A stretch of DNA of 64,000 nucleotides from positions 1-64,000 of IMG/VR virus record IMGVR_UViG_3300033120_000337; one strand, 5' to 3'. The DNA comes from a virus (lineage: Duplodnaviria > Caudoviricetes). The notes beneath the pieces were generated by a model, which was not told the DNA's origin, did no database searches, and was given only the letters and a program-made list of their open reading frames with translations. A program made the position numbers and the translations under genes. Shown here piece after piece: positions 19,598-29,694 of this stretch (position 1 is its first letter; each line of letters starts with the position of its first letter).

Positions 19598-20004
19598 GTC
19601 TGTTGTTGGGAACTGCTGTTGGCGAACAGATGATTGTTTCAAAATCATTTTCATCTACCGCAGATCCTTTCTCCTTCTCCTACTCTAACGTAAATGGTCT
19701 TAGATTTGAAAATGAGACAGTCAGCAGCTGGATCCGTACCCAATGGAAAATGGACGGGTTCACACGTCAAGGGGAGAATCTCCCGTACCAGTTGTTCTCT
19801 CGTGGTCAGTCTATTGGGTCCGTTCCTGGAATAGCTCAATTTACCTCAAACGGACCAATCTACGTGGGCAATGACGCAAATTACACCACTTCTCTGGATG
19901 GGCGGATTGCAGCTGTAGCTGTTTGGAACAGAGCACTATCCCCTGAGGAACACCTAGGTCTCAACAACTGGGCTGAGCGTGTGTGGGGGTTGTCGGTTAG
20001 CTAG
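19573..20004 (+). CDS. LamG/concanavalin A-like lectin domain (probable C-terminal half of 18851 gene)
   Basis: QMIVSK...PIYVGND...LDGRIAAVAVWNRALSPEE. Confidence 0.65.
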   Translation: MEWCGVAISLLLGTAVGEQMIVSKSFSSTADPFSFSYSNVNGLRFENETVSSWIRTQWKMDGFTRQGENLPYQLFSRGQSIGSVPGIAQFTSNGPIYVGNDANYTTSLDGRIAAVAVWNRALSPEEHLGLNNWAERVWGLSVS

Positions 20005-20026
20005 TCTATCTTCGGGCTTTAGGGAA

Positions 20027-21628
20027 ATGTTACCAAAGTCTGCAAAAGCTGACATAACCCCCATTCGTCAACGTACCCAGTACACCTGTATGGGTGCCTC
20101 TCTCAGTATGTGTCTTGGTGCTCAAGGCATGAAGACCACTGAGGATGTGGTCAACAAAGTGATGGGCTGTAAGCCGATGCAGGGGGCTTCCTGGGAACAA
20201 GCCCTAGCTGCGGCACAGCACTTTGGGATGCGAGCTACTCTTGTGACCCCATGCTCGATGACACAACTTCGAGAATGGACCGACCGAGGCGTAGCTGTAA
20301 TGATCGCCTGGAACCCTGAGGGTCGTGATTGGTCACATGCCTCAGTCGTGTTTGATGTGACGGATGATGCTGTTCACATTGCAGACCCAAACATCCCCGA
20401 TCCAGAACAAACTGTGAGAGTGATCTCCAGAACAGAGTTCTTGGGGAAGTGGGGGGAGAAATGGCCCGACTACATCGTGAGACGCCCTGCTCTAGCTATT
20501 GAACGGGAGATCACAGAAGACGGCCGACAAGTTCAAGCTTCAATGTCGGAACCTATCAATGAGGTTTTCGACTGGGGCTTCGTTTCTGTTTCGAAAGAAC
20601 CTCTCAAGACCCGTCCAGATTATGGGTCTCTTTTGGAGAACAACATGTTGATTACGGCTGAAGATTTCCGGGCTGCTCTACTCTCTGACCTCCCAGCACA
20701 AAAGAGTTCAAAGTTCGAGAAGGGTAAGCCTGCGGACCCAACGAAGAACATGTCTCCGGAGGACGCTGATGAGTGGGAACGCCAGAACAAGGAGAACAAG
20801 GACAACTTCAAGTCTGCTGAAGACTTGGACTCCGCCTACTTTCGCAAGTCTGCGTCTTCAGAGAATCGATTCCTCATCTCATGTGGGGAATACGAGGCAG
20901 AACTCAAGGAGTCTAAGTTCGAGAAGGGGAAATCTGTACCTCTCTCAGAACTCCCAGATGAGCTTCAGGAGAATGTTGAGAACCCTCCCGAGTCAGTGAA
21001 GAAATTGACTGAGAAGCTGAAAGACAAGGCTGCTTCGAAAACTGCTGAGTCTGACAAGACCGCTGCCTTGGGGCTCTATGGTTTCACGAAGGAAGCTGAA
21101 CGTGTCTGTGGTTCAGCAACAAATCGACTCTCCAAGTTCACAACAAAACTTGCGAAGGAGATCTACACCAAGGATGCTGAGACCTCTTCGTTCTTGGAAG
21201 AGCACGAGAAACGTACAGGGTCCAGAGCTGCCCGTATGCTCCGAGCTTGTATGGGGGACATTGGTCCTGGGCCCAAGAAGACCGCCGCGAAAAGAGAGAG
21301 TGGTAGATATGGTTACAGCACCAGGACAGCTAAGCTAGCCCTCCAAGCGTGTTCGGATGTGGAGCAAGAGGCAGGGATTATCGCCTCAGACCTTCATGAG
21401 CGTATGGGCTCAAAGCACTCTTCCATCACAGGATATCTGGGAAAGCATGCCAAGAGCGCGAAGTGTGGCTGGAGTGAGATGATACAAGAGGCATATCCTC
21501 CTGCCCCTGCTCCGATCACAGCATCCGTCAATGAGATCATCAGTTGGCAGGGTGGGAAGAACACATCCAGATCAGCAGGTTCGTTCTTGGCCGCAGAAGA
21601 TGATGAGGATGAGTCCGAGGAGGACTAG
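20027..21628 (+). CDS. C39-like papain-fold peptidase fused to repeated charged domains (putative head protein)
   Basis: QRTQYTCMGASL (Cys), WSHASVV (His), IADPN (Asp); KFEKGK twice; two related GxYG(F/Y) domains; start after AGGGA RBS. Confidence 0.7.
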   Translation: MLPKSAKADITPIRQRTQYTCMGASLSMCLGAQGMKTTEDVVNKVMGCKPMQGASWEQALAAAQHFGMRATLVTPCSMTQLREWTDRGVAVMIAWNPEGRDWSHASVVFDVTDDAVHIADPNIPDPEQTVRVISRTEFLGKWGEKWPDYIVRRPALAIEREITEDGRQVQASMSEPINEVFDWGFVSVSKEPLKTRPDYGSLLENNMLITAEDFRAALLSDLPAQKSSKFEKGKPADPTKNMSPEDADEWERQNKENKDNFKSAEDLDSAYFRKSASSENRFLISCGEYEAELKESKFEKGKSVPLSELPDELQENVENPPESVKKLTEKLKDKAASKTAESDKTAALGLYGFTKEAERVCGSATNRLSKFTTKLAKEIYTKDAETSSFLEEHEKRTGSRAARMLRACMGDIGPGPKKTAAKRESGRYGYSTRTAKLALQACSDVEQEAGIIASDLHERMGSKHSSITGYLGKHAKSAKCGWSEMIQEAYPPAPAPITASVNEIISWQGGKNTSRSAGSFLAAEDDEDESEED

Positions 21629-21846
21629 GCTCTACACAATCCATTCTGGTGCATCCACCAGTGGAAGGGAATTGCCTGATGCAAGGGGAGTGTGAACTCC
21701 AAAACCTCGCGAGCAATTGAACCAGGCTTGCCATAAGCAAGACGAATTTTCTCTAGCCTGTCTGGTTTGAAGCTCACTTGTGCAGGAGAGTAGCCCGTGT
21801 GGGAGTCAATTACAAAACTCAATTTTCCTCCGATGGTTGTGAACAC
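21625..21846 (-). CDS. small hypothetical protein
   Basis: RBS-like AGG upstream; low certainty. Confidence 0.35.
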   Translation of the reverse strand: MFTTIGGKLSFVIDSHTGYSPAQVSFKPDRLEKIRLAYGKPGSIAREVLEFTLPLHQAIPFHWWMHQNGLCRA

Positions 21847-21928
21847 CTAAAATGTCCTACCCCTACTTACACCCTAGGTTGTCGTTTTGGGGTCTATAAA
21901 CCATCTAAAGCAACCATTCAAAAAATCC

Positions 21929-22318
21929 ATGACTCAGTCTGAATCCACCCTCCAAAGATTGTTTCGTCGTGTAGCCAACATCCATATGGCTGCTGTGGAG
22001 ACCAATTCAGTTCTCTCCAGCTCTGCACGTCAAAAGATCAACGCGGAGCTGATTCGAGCTGGCATGGATGGAAACAAGATGTTCCGCAGAACTGGAGAGG
22101 CACTCCAAAAGATCTCTGAGGTGCTCGATGACAACGGCATCGAATGGGACGAGATCTTGAGTGGAGGTCAATTCAACAAGCCTAAGGGTCGTGCTTCGAT
22201 TGACCTAGCTTCTCAGGGTGACGATCCATTCTCCCCTGTCTCTATTCAGAACACCTCACTCGCCTTCCATTGGGACACTCTTGATTTGGGTGTCGAAGTC
22301 GTTGCCTACATCGGATGA
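21929..22318 (+). CDS. putative virion protein
   Basis: N-terminal LFRRVANIHMAA motif; start moved from track value 21887. Confidence 0.6.
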   Translation: MTQSESTLQRLFRRVANIHMAAVETNSVLSSSARQKINAELIRAGMDGNKMFRRTGEALQKISEVLDDNGIEWDEILSGGQFNKPKGRASIDLASQGDDPFSPVSIQNTSLAFHWDTLDLGVEVVAYIG

Positions 22319-22322
22319 ACCC

Positions 22323-23003
22323 ATGACAAACCTTCGTTCCAAACTGATTCGTCTTGCTCACACAAAGCCTGAGTTCCGCCCCGTACTTCTACCTCTCTTG
22401 AGGGAAGCAGCAGCTCCTGAAGAAGTGGAGTACATTCGCGGTAGGTACCTCCCACAAGACAACCCAACACTACTCAAGAGGAAGAACACTCCTCAGGGCC
22501 TTGATATTTGGACCTGGGAAGATGGGTCGACCTACAGGGGTGTAGCTTTCAAGGGCAAACAATCCAAACCGATCTGGAACTACCGTTTCAGGAGCATCGC
22601 GGAACAAGAGAAAACAATCCAGAGTGCAGTTGACTCTGCTACAGCAAGAATTCAGAGCCAGCAAAGCCTTCGAGATGAACGGAAGAACAACGTTCATGGT
22701 CTCGTTGAGGGCGACATCCTCTGGAGTTCATGGGGCTATGAACAGACCAACATCAACTTCTACCAAGTCCTAGCTGCTGTTGGTAAGAGCATTGTAGTCC
22801 GAGAAATCTCTCTGAATGTCATCCGGTCGGATGGCTCTGGGTCTGACTATGTCATGCCAGATGTGAATGCCTTCAAAGGACCTCCCATGAAGAAGCTCCC
22901 CCAAGGATCTGGCAAGGATGCCCGCGTCAAAATCCAACACTCATACGCCTACAAATGGGATGGGCAGCCAAAGAGACGTACTTCTCCAGGATGGGGGTAC
23001 TGA
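22323..23003 (+). CDS. putative virion-internal protein with LRSxLIRLAHTxP leader
   Basis: MTNLRSKLIRLAHTKPEFRPVLLPLLREAA; C-terminal GDILWSSWGYEQTNINFYQV domain. Confidence 0.7.
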   Translation: MTNLRSKLIRLAHTKPEFRPVLLPLLREAAAPEEVEYIRGRYLPQDNPTLLKRKNTPQGLDIWTWEDGSTYRGVAFKGKQSKPIWNYRFRSIAEQEKTIQSAVDSATARIQSQQSLRDERKNNVHGLVEGDILWSSWGYEQTNINFYQVLAAVGKSIVVREISLNVIRSDGSGSDYVMPDVNAFKGPPMKKLPQGSGKDARVKIQHSYAYKWDGQPKRRTSPGWGY

Positions 23004-23006
23004 GCC

Positions 23007-23561
23007 ATGAGAACTTCAGCGGACCCATCCAGAGTTGCCGTCAAGGCTTGGATGAAGCAGAACGTAAAGGACTTCGTTGACCCCAAGACAGGTGAGGTTA
23101 ACACCACAGACCTAGCAGAGAGTGCTGCTCAGGAATTCAACGAGAAGGATTTGGGCGGTTGGTTGGATGACGAGACCCACTGGGTGTGGGATATCTCTGT
23201 TGAAGTTGCTGAGTCCTTCGAGAAGGGCAACAAGAAGAAAGCTTCCTCGGAGAACTGGGAGAGTGCTGAGAAGCTCATCCTTGAGGGCACCAACGGGAAC
23301 GTCAACAGGATCTTGGACTTCCAACTTGAAAAGTTGGCAGCTCAAACAAAAGAGATTCAGGCCTCGTTTTTGGAGGCTGCAAAGACTCTTGAGACCCACA
23401 AGAGACTTGGTGTTGGGCGAACCGAAAGTCCCAGTCTATTGCTGGAGCCTCTTCGAGAAATGACCAACTTCTCAAAATCCCTACTTGCGTTTTCCACTCG
23501 TGTGGAAACCATAGTAGAAGGCGCCCTCAAGAAGACTGGAGGACGCCTTTCTGATCTCTGA
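23007..23561 (+). CDS. putative virion protein
   Basis: MRTSADPSRVA N-terminus; internal KKKAS. Confidence 0.6.
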   Translation: MRTSADPSRVAVKAWMKQNVKDFVDPKTGEVNTTDLAESAAQEFNEKDLGGWLDDETHWVWDISVEVAESFEKGNKKKASSENWESAEKLILEGTNGNVNRILDFQLEKLAAQTKEIQASFLEAAKTLETHKRLGVGRTESPSLLLEPLREMTNFSKSLLAFSTRVETIVEGALKKTGGRLSDL

Positions 23562-23563
23562 GT

Positions 23564-24436
23564 TCAGTCTCTCAACTCATGGTTTCGATTGTTGGTTCGA
23601 TTGTTGGTTCGTCTCATCACTCTGAGGATATGAGCCAACATCCCATCTAGTTGGTCGGGGGTGACTCCAACTTCCTTGGCAAGTTCTGCCTTGTTAGACC
23701 CCTGTACGAGACCTTCCAAAATGGCTCTGTAGTGAGGTCCACTCTCTGAGTCTGTCTTAGAAATTCTGCGAGTCAGAGTGCGGATGGTCTCCTCATAGGT
23801 TTCCCTTTGAATCAGTGTCTCCTCAACATTTTTGTCGTTGGGGTCGAACGTGTCCCAAACCCTATTTGGGTCACTTGAATCAAGGATGTTGTACGTGACC
23901 ACAAATGGTTCAGCGTGGTGGTGCTTGAACTTAGCAACCTGTTGACCTGACTCAACCCTCCGGTCTTGCAGTGTCTTTGCATTGAGGAACATCCTCATAC
24001 CAGCATCCACACCCCAGCCACGCATCTCTGAGTAAACACTCTGGAAAGCCCAGAATCGAATCACACTTGCTCGGATAGGTTTCCCTTGCTCCAAGAATGG
24101 AGCAAGGGAGTCTCGCTCAACAAGACGACAGAAGAAGGCTTGGATGTGGTCTTCAATGAGGGAGACCTTCCTGGAGTTGTGCATCTTCTTGCTCAAATAC
24201 TTGGTGAGCATAGCTGTCATGTTCACTGCATTCTCTGCAAGCCATTGAGAAGTCAGATTCCCTTGAGGGGTCTTTTTCTTTGGTGCAGATGCTTTGAGGA
24301 CCTCTTGGTGGATCCTTGCCCAGTGTCTTCCCAGCACACTTGTTGAGTGACTTCCCCCTAGAATGTCACTTGTAAGAGAAACGGCTTCCAAAAACGAGAT
24401 CTTCTCGTCGTCTGTATTGATCATCTTCGACTCCAT
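23564..24436 (-). CDS. hypothetical protein with C-terminal HTH (sigma-like)
   Basis: SNKAELAKEVGVTPDQLDGML; start moved from track value 24613. Confidence 0.55.
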   Translation of the reverse strand: MESKMINTDDEKISFLEAVSLTSDILGGSHSTSVLGRHWARIHQEVLKASAPKKKTPQGNLTSQWLAENAVNMTAMLTKYLSKKMHNSRKVSLIEDHIQAFFCRLVERDSLAPFLEQGKPIRASVIRFWAFQSVYSEMRGWGVDAGMRMFLNAKTLQDRRVESGQQVAKFKHHHAEPFVVTYNILDSSDPNRVWDTFDPNDKNVEETLIQRETYEETIRTLTRRISKTDSESGPHYRAILEGLVQGSNKAELAKEVGVTPDQLDGMLAHILRVMRRTNNRTNNRNHELRD

Positions 24437-24652
24437 GAAGGGCCCTGAAGTCAAGGACTTTCGGGCTAGTGTAATCCCAACGGGACATCTAGTCGTGTTA
24501 GGTCCTATATCTCTATCCGAGTCTCCGATTTCAGTAAAGAGGCAAAACGAAACAACTCGTCTTTTTCTGGCGGTAACCTGGAGGGTTCTCGGTAACGATA
24601 TGATGAAGACCACTGAAAGAAAGCTCTAGCCCACATTTTTGGAGAATCCTAC

Positions 24653-25837
24653 ATGTCCCTGCTCACCCACATTCTCAAGGTCGCCGGAGTCTTTGACGAA
24701 ATGGACGTCCTAGCTCGTGCCCAATTCATGGAAGGGTACTTGGGGCTTCGACCCTTTCAGAAGATTCGAGGCGCCAACGGGAAGCCTGCTCTGCTGAAGG
24801 CCATCGCGAGCATGATGAACGAGGTGGGTGCCACTTCGGAGGAGTGGGTTTCTCGTGGGGACACAGGTCTCTACCGGGCGAACTACATGGCGATCAACAG
24901 CATGCTTCGGTCTCAGACTGGTGAGAGAACGATGGAAGCTGGAGACGTACTCCAGTCTATGATGGGGCTGTCAGGCTGGGAAGATGAAGAAGGTGAGACC
25001 ATTGAACTTGGGGGCAAGAGCCCGTTCTGGCTTGCTGGGAAGTACGCAGCTGGGAAAGACAAGGATTGGCTTGCCAACGGGATGGTACCAAGTCAGGCCG
25101 TGGGGAACACAATCGTGTTTTCAAAGCGCCGTACTGTGGACGTACTTCGTCAAGAGAGAGATCGGATGCGTAAGCGCCGAGAGAACGAAGACCAGATCTA
25201 CGACGAGACAATGAGCGGAGAAGAGTCTGGTGGCGGAGATTGGGGGACCATCATCGATGCTGTGTTCTCAAACCCAGAGCACGCTCTGTCCAAGAAGTTC
25301 TTCGCTTGGCTCGCAAAGAGAATCCCCATGATCCTCTCGGCGAACACAGCAGAGATCATGACTCAGTACCTTGAAATCCTGAAGTCTGGGCAAGTGTCCT
25401 TCAAGGGCACAGGCGCTGCGGGTGCAGGAGGCGGAGATTCTGGAATCGCAAAGATTTTGAATCTGACACCCCAAGCACTGTTCAAGGCTAAAGCGCAATT
25501 CGTGGACAAGATGTCGGAATACATCGAATCCCATCCAGGAGAGCAACAAGGCCTACGTGACATCTTCGAGGATGCATCCTTCCTGAGAGACTTGTTCAGA
25601 GGACGGGTCCGATCTGCGGCACACCGCAAAGCTATTGCGAAGGCTCTAAAGGAATCGCAGAGAGACTGCGTCAACTGTGCTTCTCAAGGTCGAGTCAAGG
25701 TCAGAAATGGCAGCACCCATGACAGCCATTGCCAGTTCCACAAGCAATGGGTTGCTCAAGGTGGATTTGGGAATCAGGCAGAGAAGCTTGCTCGGAAAGT
25801 GGCTCACCGGCACATTGCCTCTCTTCAGAGACGCTGA
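24653..25837 (+). CDS. hypothetical protein, possibly sigma-like core
   Basis: GGAGA RBS; RRTVDVLRQER and GIAKILNLTPQALFKAK resemble sigma regions 2 and 4. Confidence 0.55.
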   Translation: MSLLTHILKVAGVFDEMDVLARAQFMEGYLGLRPFQKIRGANGKPALLKAIASMMNEVGATSEEWVSRGDTGLYRANYMAINSMLRSQTGERTMEAGDVLQSMMGLSGWEDEEGETIELGGKSPFWLAGKYAAGKDKDWLANGMVPSQAVGNTIVFSKRRTVDVLRQERDRMRKRRENEDQIYDETMSGEESGGGDWGTIIDAVFSNPEHALSKKFFAWLAKRIPMILSANTAEIMTQYLEILKSGQVSFKGTGAAGAGGGDSGIAKILNLTPQALFKAKAQFVDKMSEYIESHPGEQQGLRDIFEDASFLRDLFRGRVRSAAHRKAIAKALKESQRDCVNCASQGRVKVRNGSTHDSHCQFHKQWVAQGGFGNQAEKLARKVAHRHIASLQRR

Positions 25838-25856
25838 CCATCAAGAGAAAATGAAA

Positions 25857-25884
25857 AGAGCCCAGGTGATTTCACCTGGGCTTC
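25857..25884. terminator. hairpin between convergent genes
   Basis: agagcccaggtga-tt-tcacctgggcttct. Confidence 0.65.
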
Positions 25885-25907
25885 TTGCTTTCAAGATGGT
25901 TTGGAGA

Positions 25908-26423
25908 TCATGTCTTCTTCTTCTCAGTGAGAGCTTTCTTCGTGAAGGTCTTTCGGGCGAAGTCCAAAACCATGTTCGGGTTGTCTGCCATCATCGAGAC
26001 TAGAGCTTCCTTGTCTCTCTGTAGACCCACCATAGCACCCACAAACTTCTCCGTGATTCCCCCGCTCAGGTAACTGAGGAAGCCATTCTTCTCGATGTTT
26101 GGGAACTGTAGTGAAACAGACTTGTAGGAGCCACCAGATTCAGATTCAGGCACTCGAACCACGCCAAGAGACTCATTGAGAACCTCCTCGATTCGGAATC
26201 GGATATCTGTAGACCGATCCGTCTGTTCCTGAATTTGGTACAAGGCACTCAGAAGGTAGACGGACTCAGCATGAAAGTGCTTGAGTGCCCAGTAGAGGGT
26301 CCGAGGATCTTTGTCCTTCTCGTACTTGTTGAGCGCATTTTCCAGCTGCTCATCAAGGTGTTGTCGCTTTTTATGTTGCACGTCTACGTTGAGATTCTTT
26401 TGGTTCTTCCGTTTACCCAACAT
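25908..26423 (-). CDS. hypothetical protein
   Basis: Start MLGKRK at 26423 coupled to upstream gene. Confidence 0.55.
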   Translation of the reverse strand: MLGKRKNQKNLNVDVQHKKRQHLDEQLENALNKYEKDKDPRTLYWALKHFHAESVYLLSALYQIQEQTDRSTDIRFRIEEVLNESLGVVRVPESESGGSYKSVSLQFPNIEKNGFLSYLSGGITEKFVGAMVGLQRDKEALVSMMADNPNMVLDFARKTFTKKALTEKKKT

Positions 26424-26784
26424 CGTCAATCCTCCTAGTTGCAGACAGTCGCCTTCGTGCGGGCAAAACGAATGACGTCTTTGCATGACGCTTGTGAGAC
26501 CGTCCTCGTCGCTCGTGCTGCAACTCCATCGCATTGGTGCGTGGTGCAGAACGCAGAACAAAGATTCTCCAACCCCGAAAGCAGACGTCAGTGTCCCAGT
26601 TGTCGTCATTTGCGTGGAGAAATCCGCTCTTCTTGAGCATCGTCACGACCTTTGAAGCGGATGATCTCTTGATGCTGAGCATCCCCATCAGTTGCTCAAG
26701 CCTGAACTGTGTAAGACCACGTGAAAGAATGGTCGATTCAGCAAGCGTTGCGAGCTTTCGGATCTTTCGGTCGACCAGAGTCAT
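26413..26784 (-). CDS. hypothetical protein (possible winged helix)
   Basis: LEQLMGMLSIKRSSASKVVTMLKK. Confidence 0.45.
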   Translation of the reverse strand: MTLVDRKIRKLATLAESTILSRGLTQFRLEQLMGMLSIKRSSASKVVTMLKKSGFLHANDDNWDTDVCFRGWRIFVLRSAPRTNAMELQHERRGRSHKRHAKTSFVLPARRRLSATRRIDDVG

Positions 26785-26795
26785 CTGAAATCCTA

Positions 26796-27074
26796 TCATC
26801 GGTAAGGGGTCTCAACCTTTGTGATGGAGACCAATCGGGCCGCAGTGTCCACCCTCTCGTCCAACATGTATTGGACGACCCTCTTTAGGGTTCTGAAGTC
26901 GTCTGAGATGGCGTCGTACCGGAAGAGTTCTGAATTCTCGTAGGACACCACAGCAACACAGTGGCTGCCATAGTGCTCATCCTGAAGGTCGATGAGCTTG
27001 ATCTTCAGGTTTCGGTACGTGAAGGGCACTCTCAGAGAGTCAGCGACTTCTTGGTATGGGATGTCTTTTTCCAC
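26796..27074 (-). CDS. hypothetical protein
   Basis: ORF in leftward operon. Confidence 0.55.
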   Translation of the reverse strand: MEKDIPYQEVADSLRVPFTYRNLKIKLIDLQDEHYGSHCVAVVSYENSELFRYDAISDDFRTLKRVVQYMLDERVDTAARLVSITKVETPYR

Positions 27075-27191
27075 GAACTAGCTCAAGCCCAGAATCAAGG
27101 CTGCGAAGAGGATGTCGAAAACTGCGATACACGCGATGGTTTGAAACACGTTGGTCATGCAGCTTTAACGAACGACCAAACCTCTTTTCCC

Positions 27192-27800
27192 CTACTTGCC
27201 CAACTTTTCCAAGTTTGAATTCTCCAACATGTCAATGGAGACAATGACTCCGGTGCTCCAACCAATTATTCTGTTGGTATGCGCAGTGGACTTGACTGGA
27301 GTCAGAGAGAAAGGAGACAATGGGGCAAGATTCTGAGACTCAGCAAACTTCTGAGCATCCTCAGGACTACGATGCATGCTGAGAGAACCGTCCTTGTACT
27401 CTTGGATCCAAACCTCATCAGTTTGGTTGAGACGGTAGTTCAGACTGTCACTCACCGTAAGGATTGCGGCCTGGACAACTGCGATGTCTTCCCCTCTGGA
27501 GTGCTCTAAACTTAGAGCGCCCAAAGCTTCAAAATGGATGTGCATCAGGTGTTTACGTTGGGAGACACTCACATACCCGAAGGTGCCTTCCATACGTGTC
27601 CGCATCTGTGCGATGACCAATGGGGTAGCACTCTTCACCATCAGTTTGAACCACTTTGTGAGTGGTATCTTACGACCCTCAAGTTCAAGAACTAGGGTCG
27701 CAGCCTCCAGAACAGATTCCTTGGAATTTTCTGCAAGCAAGGTTCCAATGCGATCCAGCTTATGGATGATCCAATCAACAGTTGGCACATTCGTTGTCAT
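27192..27800 (-). CDS. hypothetical protein
   Basis: AAGGA RBS; 202 aa. Confidence 0.6.
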   Translation of the reverse strand: MTTNVPTVDWIIHKLDRIGTLLAENSKESVLEAATLVLELEGRKIPLTKWFKLMVKSATPLVIAQMRTRMEGTFGYVSVSQRKHLMHIHFEALGALSLEHSRGEDIAVVQAAILTVSDSLNYRLNQTDEVWIQEYKDGSLSMHRSPEDAQKFAESQNLAPLSPFSLTPVKSTAHTNRIIGWSTGVIVSIDMLENSNLEKLGK

Positions 27801-27825
27801 GACTCATCCTTACTCGCAGAGAGGT

Positions 27826-29003
27826 TCATCGAGAACTCAAACCAACTCGAATGAAGTTCTCAACCTCATTCGGACGGTAGAAGAGACTGGGGTCTTGTAG
27901 AAGAGCCTCCCGAGCTAGTCGAACAGGTTCCTGCCTGTCTCTACCTGAGAGATTGAACTCTGAAATGAGACCCTCGTTGTCGACCTGAGGTCTGCGTAGG
28001 AGGGCCGTAAAGGATGTTCTCTCCGCTAGGGTCATTGAAGACGCTACTCGACGCAGAGAGGCTTGCTGAGAGGCCGTGAGGAACCCCAAAGACTGTGAAC
28101 CCAACCCTAGGTCTGCCATGTCGAGTAGAAGCAAGACATCGTGGGAGGTGGTTTGAAACTGACCTGCCATGTAGGAGGCGAAGGGTCTCTGGGTGGCGAT
28201 CATCTTGGCCAGCACCTCAATGAGCCCAAAGGGCTTCATTGTGACGAGAGCCTCTCGGGCCCCAGTACCCGAGAGGATGTTCTGAACCAAGATGGTGGAG
28301 ACTGCTTCCCAGGGCATGTTCTGAAGCTTCTCGGCATTCTTTCGCATTGAGGTCTCAACCTCAGGTGAGATTTGAAGCCCGTACTTCACGAGGAACTTGA
28401 TTGCCCGCAACATCCTTGTGGGTCATCGGAGAAAGTCCTGTCAGGATCTAGGGGGGTCTGGATGACCTTTTCCGATAGGTGGCGTAGCCCAAGACCTGTG
28501 AGGTCAAGGACTTCAACCCCGTCAGGCCCATTCGTTAGGTCTCCCAATCTCCACAACAGGGTGTTGACCGTGAACTCTCGACGGTAGACGTCTTCCTCTA
28601 TCGTGGCGGGCTGAACATCTGTTGGCTTGTAGCCCTTCCCTTTTCCAGATCCTCCATAGGACTCCTTCCGTGCGTTGGCGATTTCAATCACCTCTCCGGA
28701 CATCTGAGCCCCATCCAGAGTCCAGTCTCCACAGACAGTGATGATGGCCACCCCGTACTGGTTGGTTGTGACGTTGGAGGTCACGGGAATCGCGTTTGCG
28801 ACCTTCTTGGCAAACCAGTCAGAGTCCCTCCCACCCAAAGCAACAGAATCGACCACTACATCGATATCCTTCACCGGAACTCCAAGTAGGTGGTTTCTCA
28901 CTGCGCCTCCAACGACATAGATGTGGTTGCCCACTCCATTGTGGTTGGCGACATCCGAAAGGATTCTCATGAGTCCGGTTGTCTTTTGGTTTGTCTTAGT
29001 CAT
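27826..29003 (-). pseudogene. cca: class II tRNA nucleotidyltransferase (CCA-adding/poly(A) polymerase family), split by a 1-nt frameshift at ~28420
   Basis: YVVGGAVRNHLLG...KDIDVV, EIANARKESY, EDVYRREFTVN, TFSDDP | MLRAIKF; one extra C restores FSDDPTRMLRAIKF. Confidence 0.85.
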
Positions 29004-29622
29004 TTGGTTCCTGGGAAAACACTCCCACAAGGTCTGAGGGGCTACAAGGACCCTCAAGTCGATTCCTGGGAGATGTCGTACATCCACAGACCTCTGAAGG
29101 CATCCGAGTAGGCTCTGTCAGGTTCTACCTAGACACCAAGAAAGTCTTCCTGTATACCAGCCCCTCGTTTCGTTTCCTGTTGTGTTGTTTCAGCAGGACG
29201 TGGAATTCCCTCTCGTCTACGATCTCCTGACCTCTTCCCAAAGAGACTGGATAAGTACCCGAGGACAAGTAGGCCTTCTCCATCATGAGGTCTTACGGGG
29301 TTCCGGACTCGAAAGAGTCGTAGAGCGTCACGGTCGCTATCTACGAAACGGTCTCCCCAACGCGAGAGTTTTGGGATCAAGACAAAGGACTCGTCTTGTG
29401 TAGTCGCCTACAAACCTGAGGCACTCAGAGGTCTGTTACGTAAGAACATACCTTGTCATCTATCTGCCCTCCCGTTCCAGTGGTTAGACTTCCTCTCATG
29501 CGAGAGTAGAGAGGATCAAAGTCTAAGAAGGAATAAGGATCACTCTGAGAGGAGGATCCAAAGAGAAGTAAGGGAAATAAGGGGATAGATGTTCCTTGAG
29601 AACACTTTCAAAATTCAGAATA

Positions 29623-29694
29623 CAAGTTCAAGTCTTCTTCATCCTTCAAGTTCAAGTCTTCTTCATCCTTCAAGTTCAAGTCTTCTTCATCCTC
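29623..29694. repeat. 3 x 24-bp tandem direct repeat CAAGTTCAAGTCTTCTTCATCCTT
   Basis: Direct reading; third copy ends CCTC, followed by a degenerate partial copy. Confidence 0.9.

Noticed and set aside
29623-29694. CRISPR array
   Set aside because: Repeats are head-to-tail with no spacers; the 7-copy motif is also irregularly dispersed; no cas operon (57241 is a RecB-like nuclease in a recombination operon)
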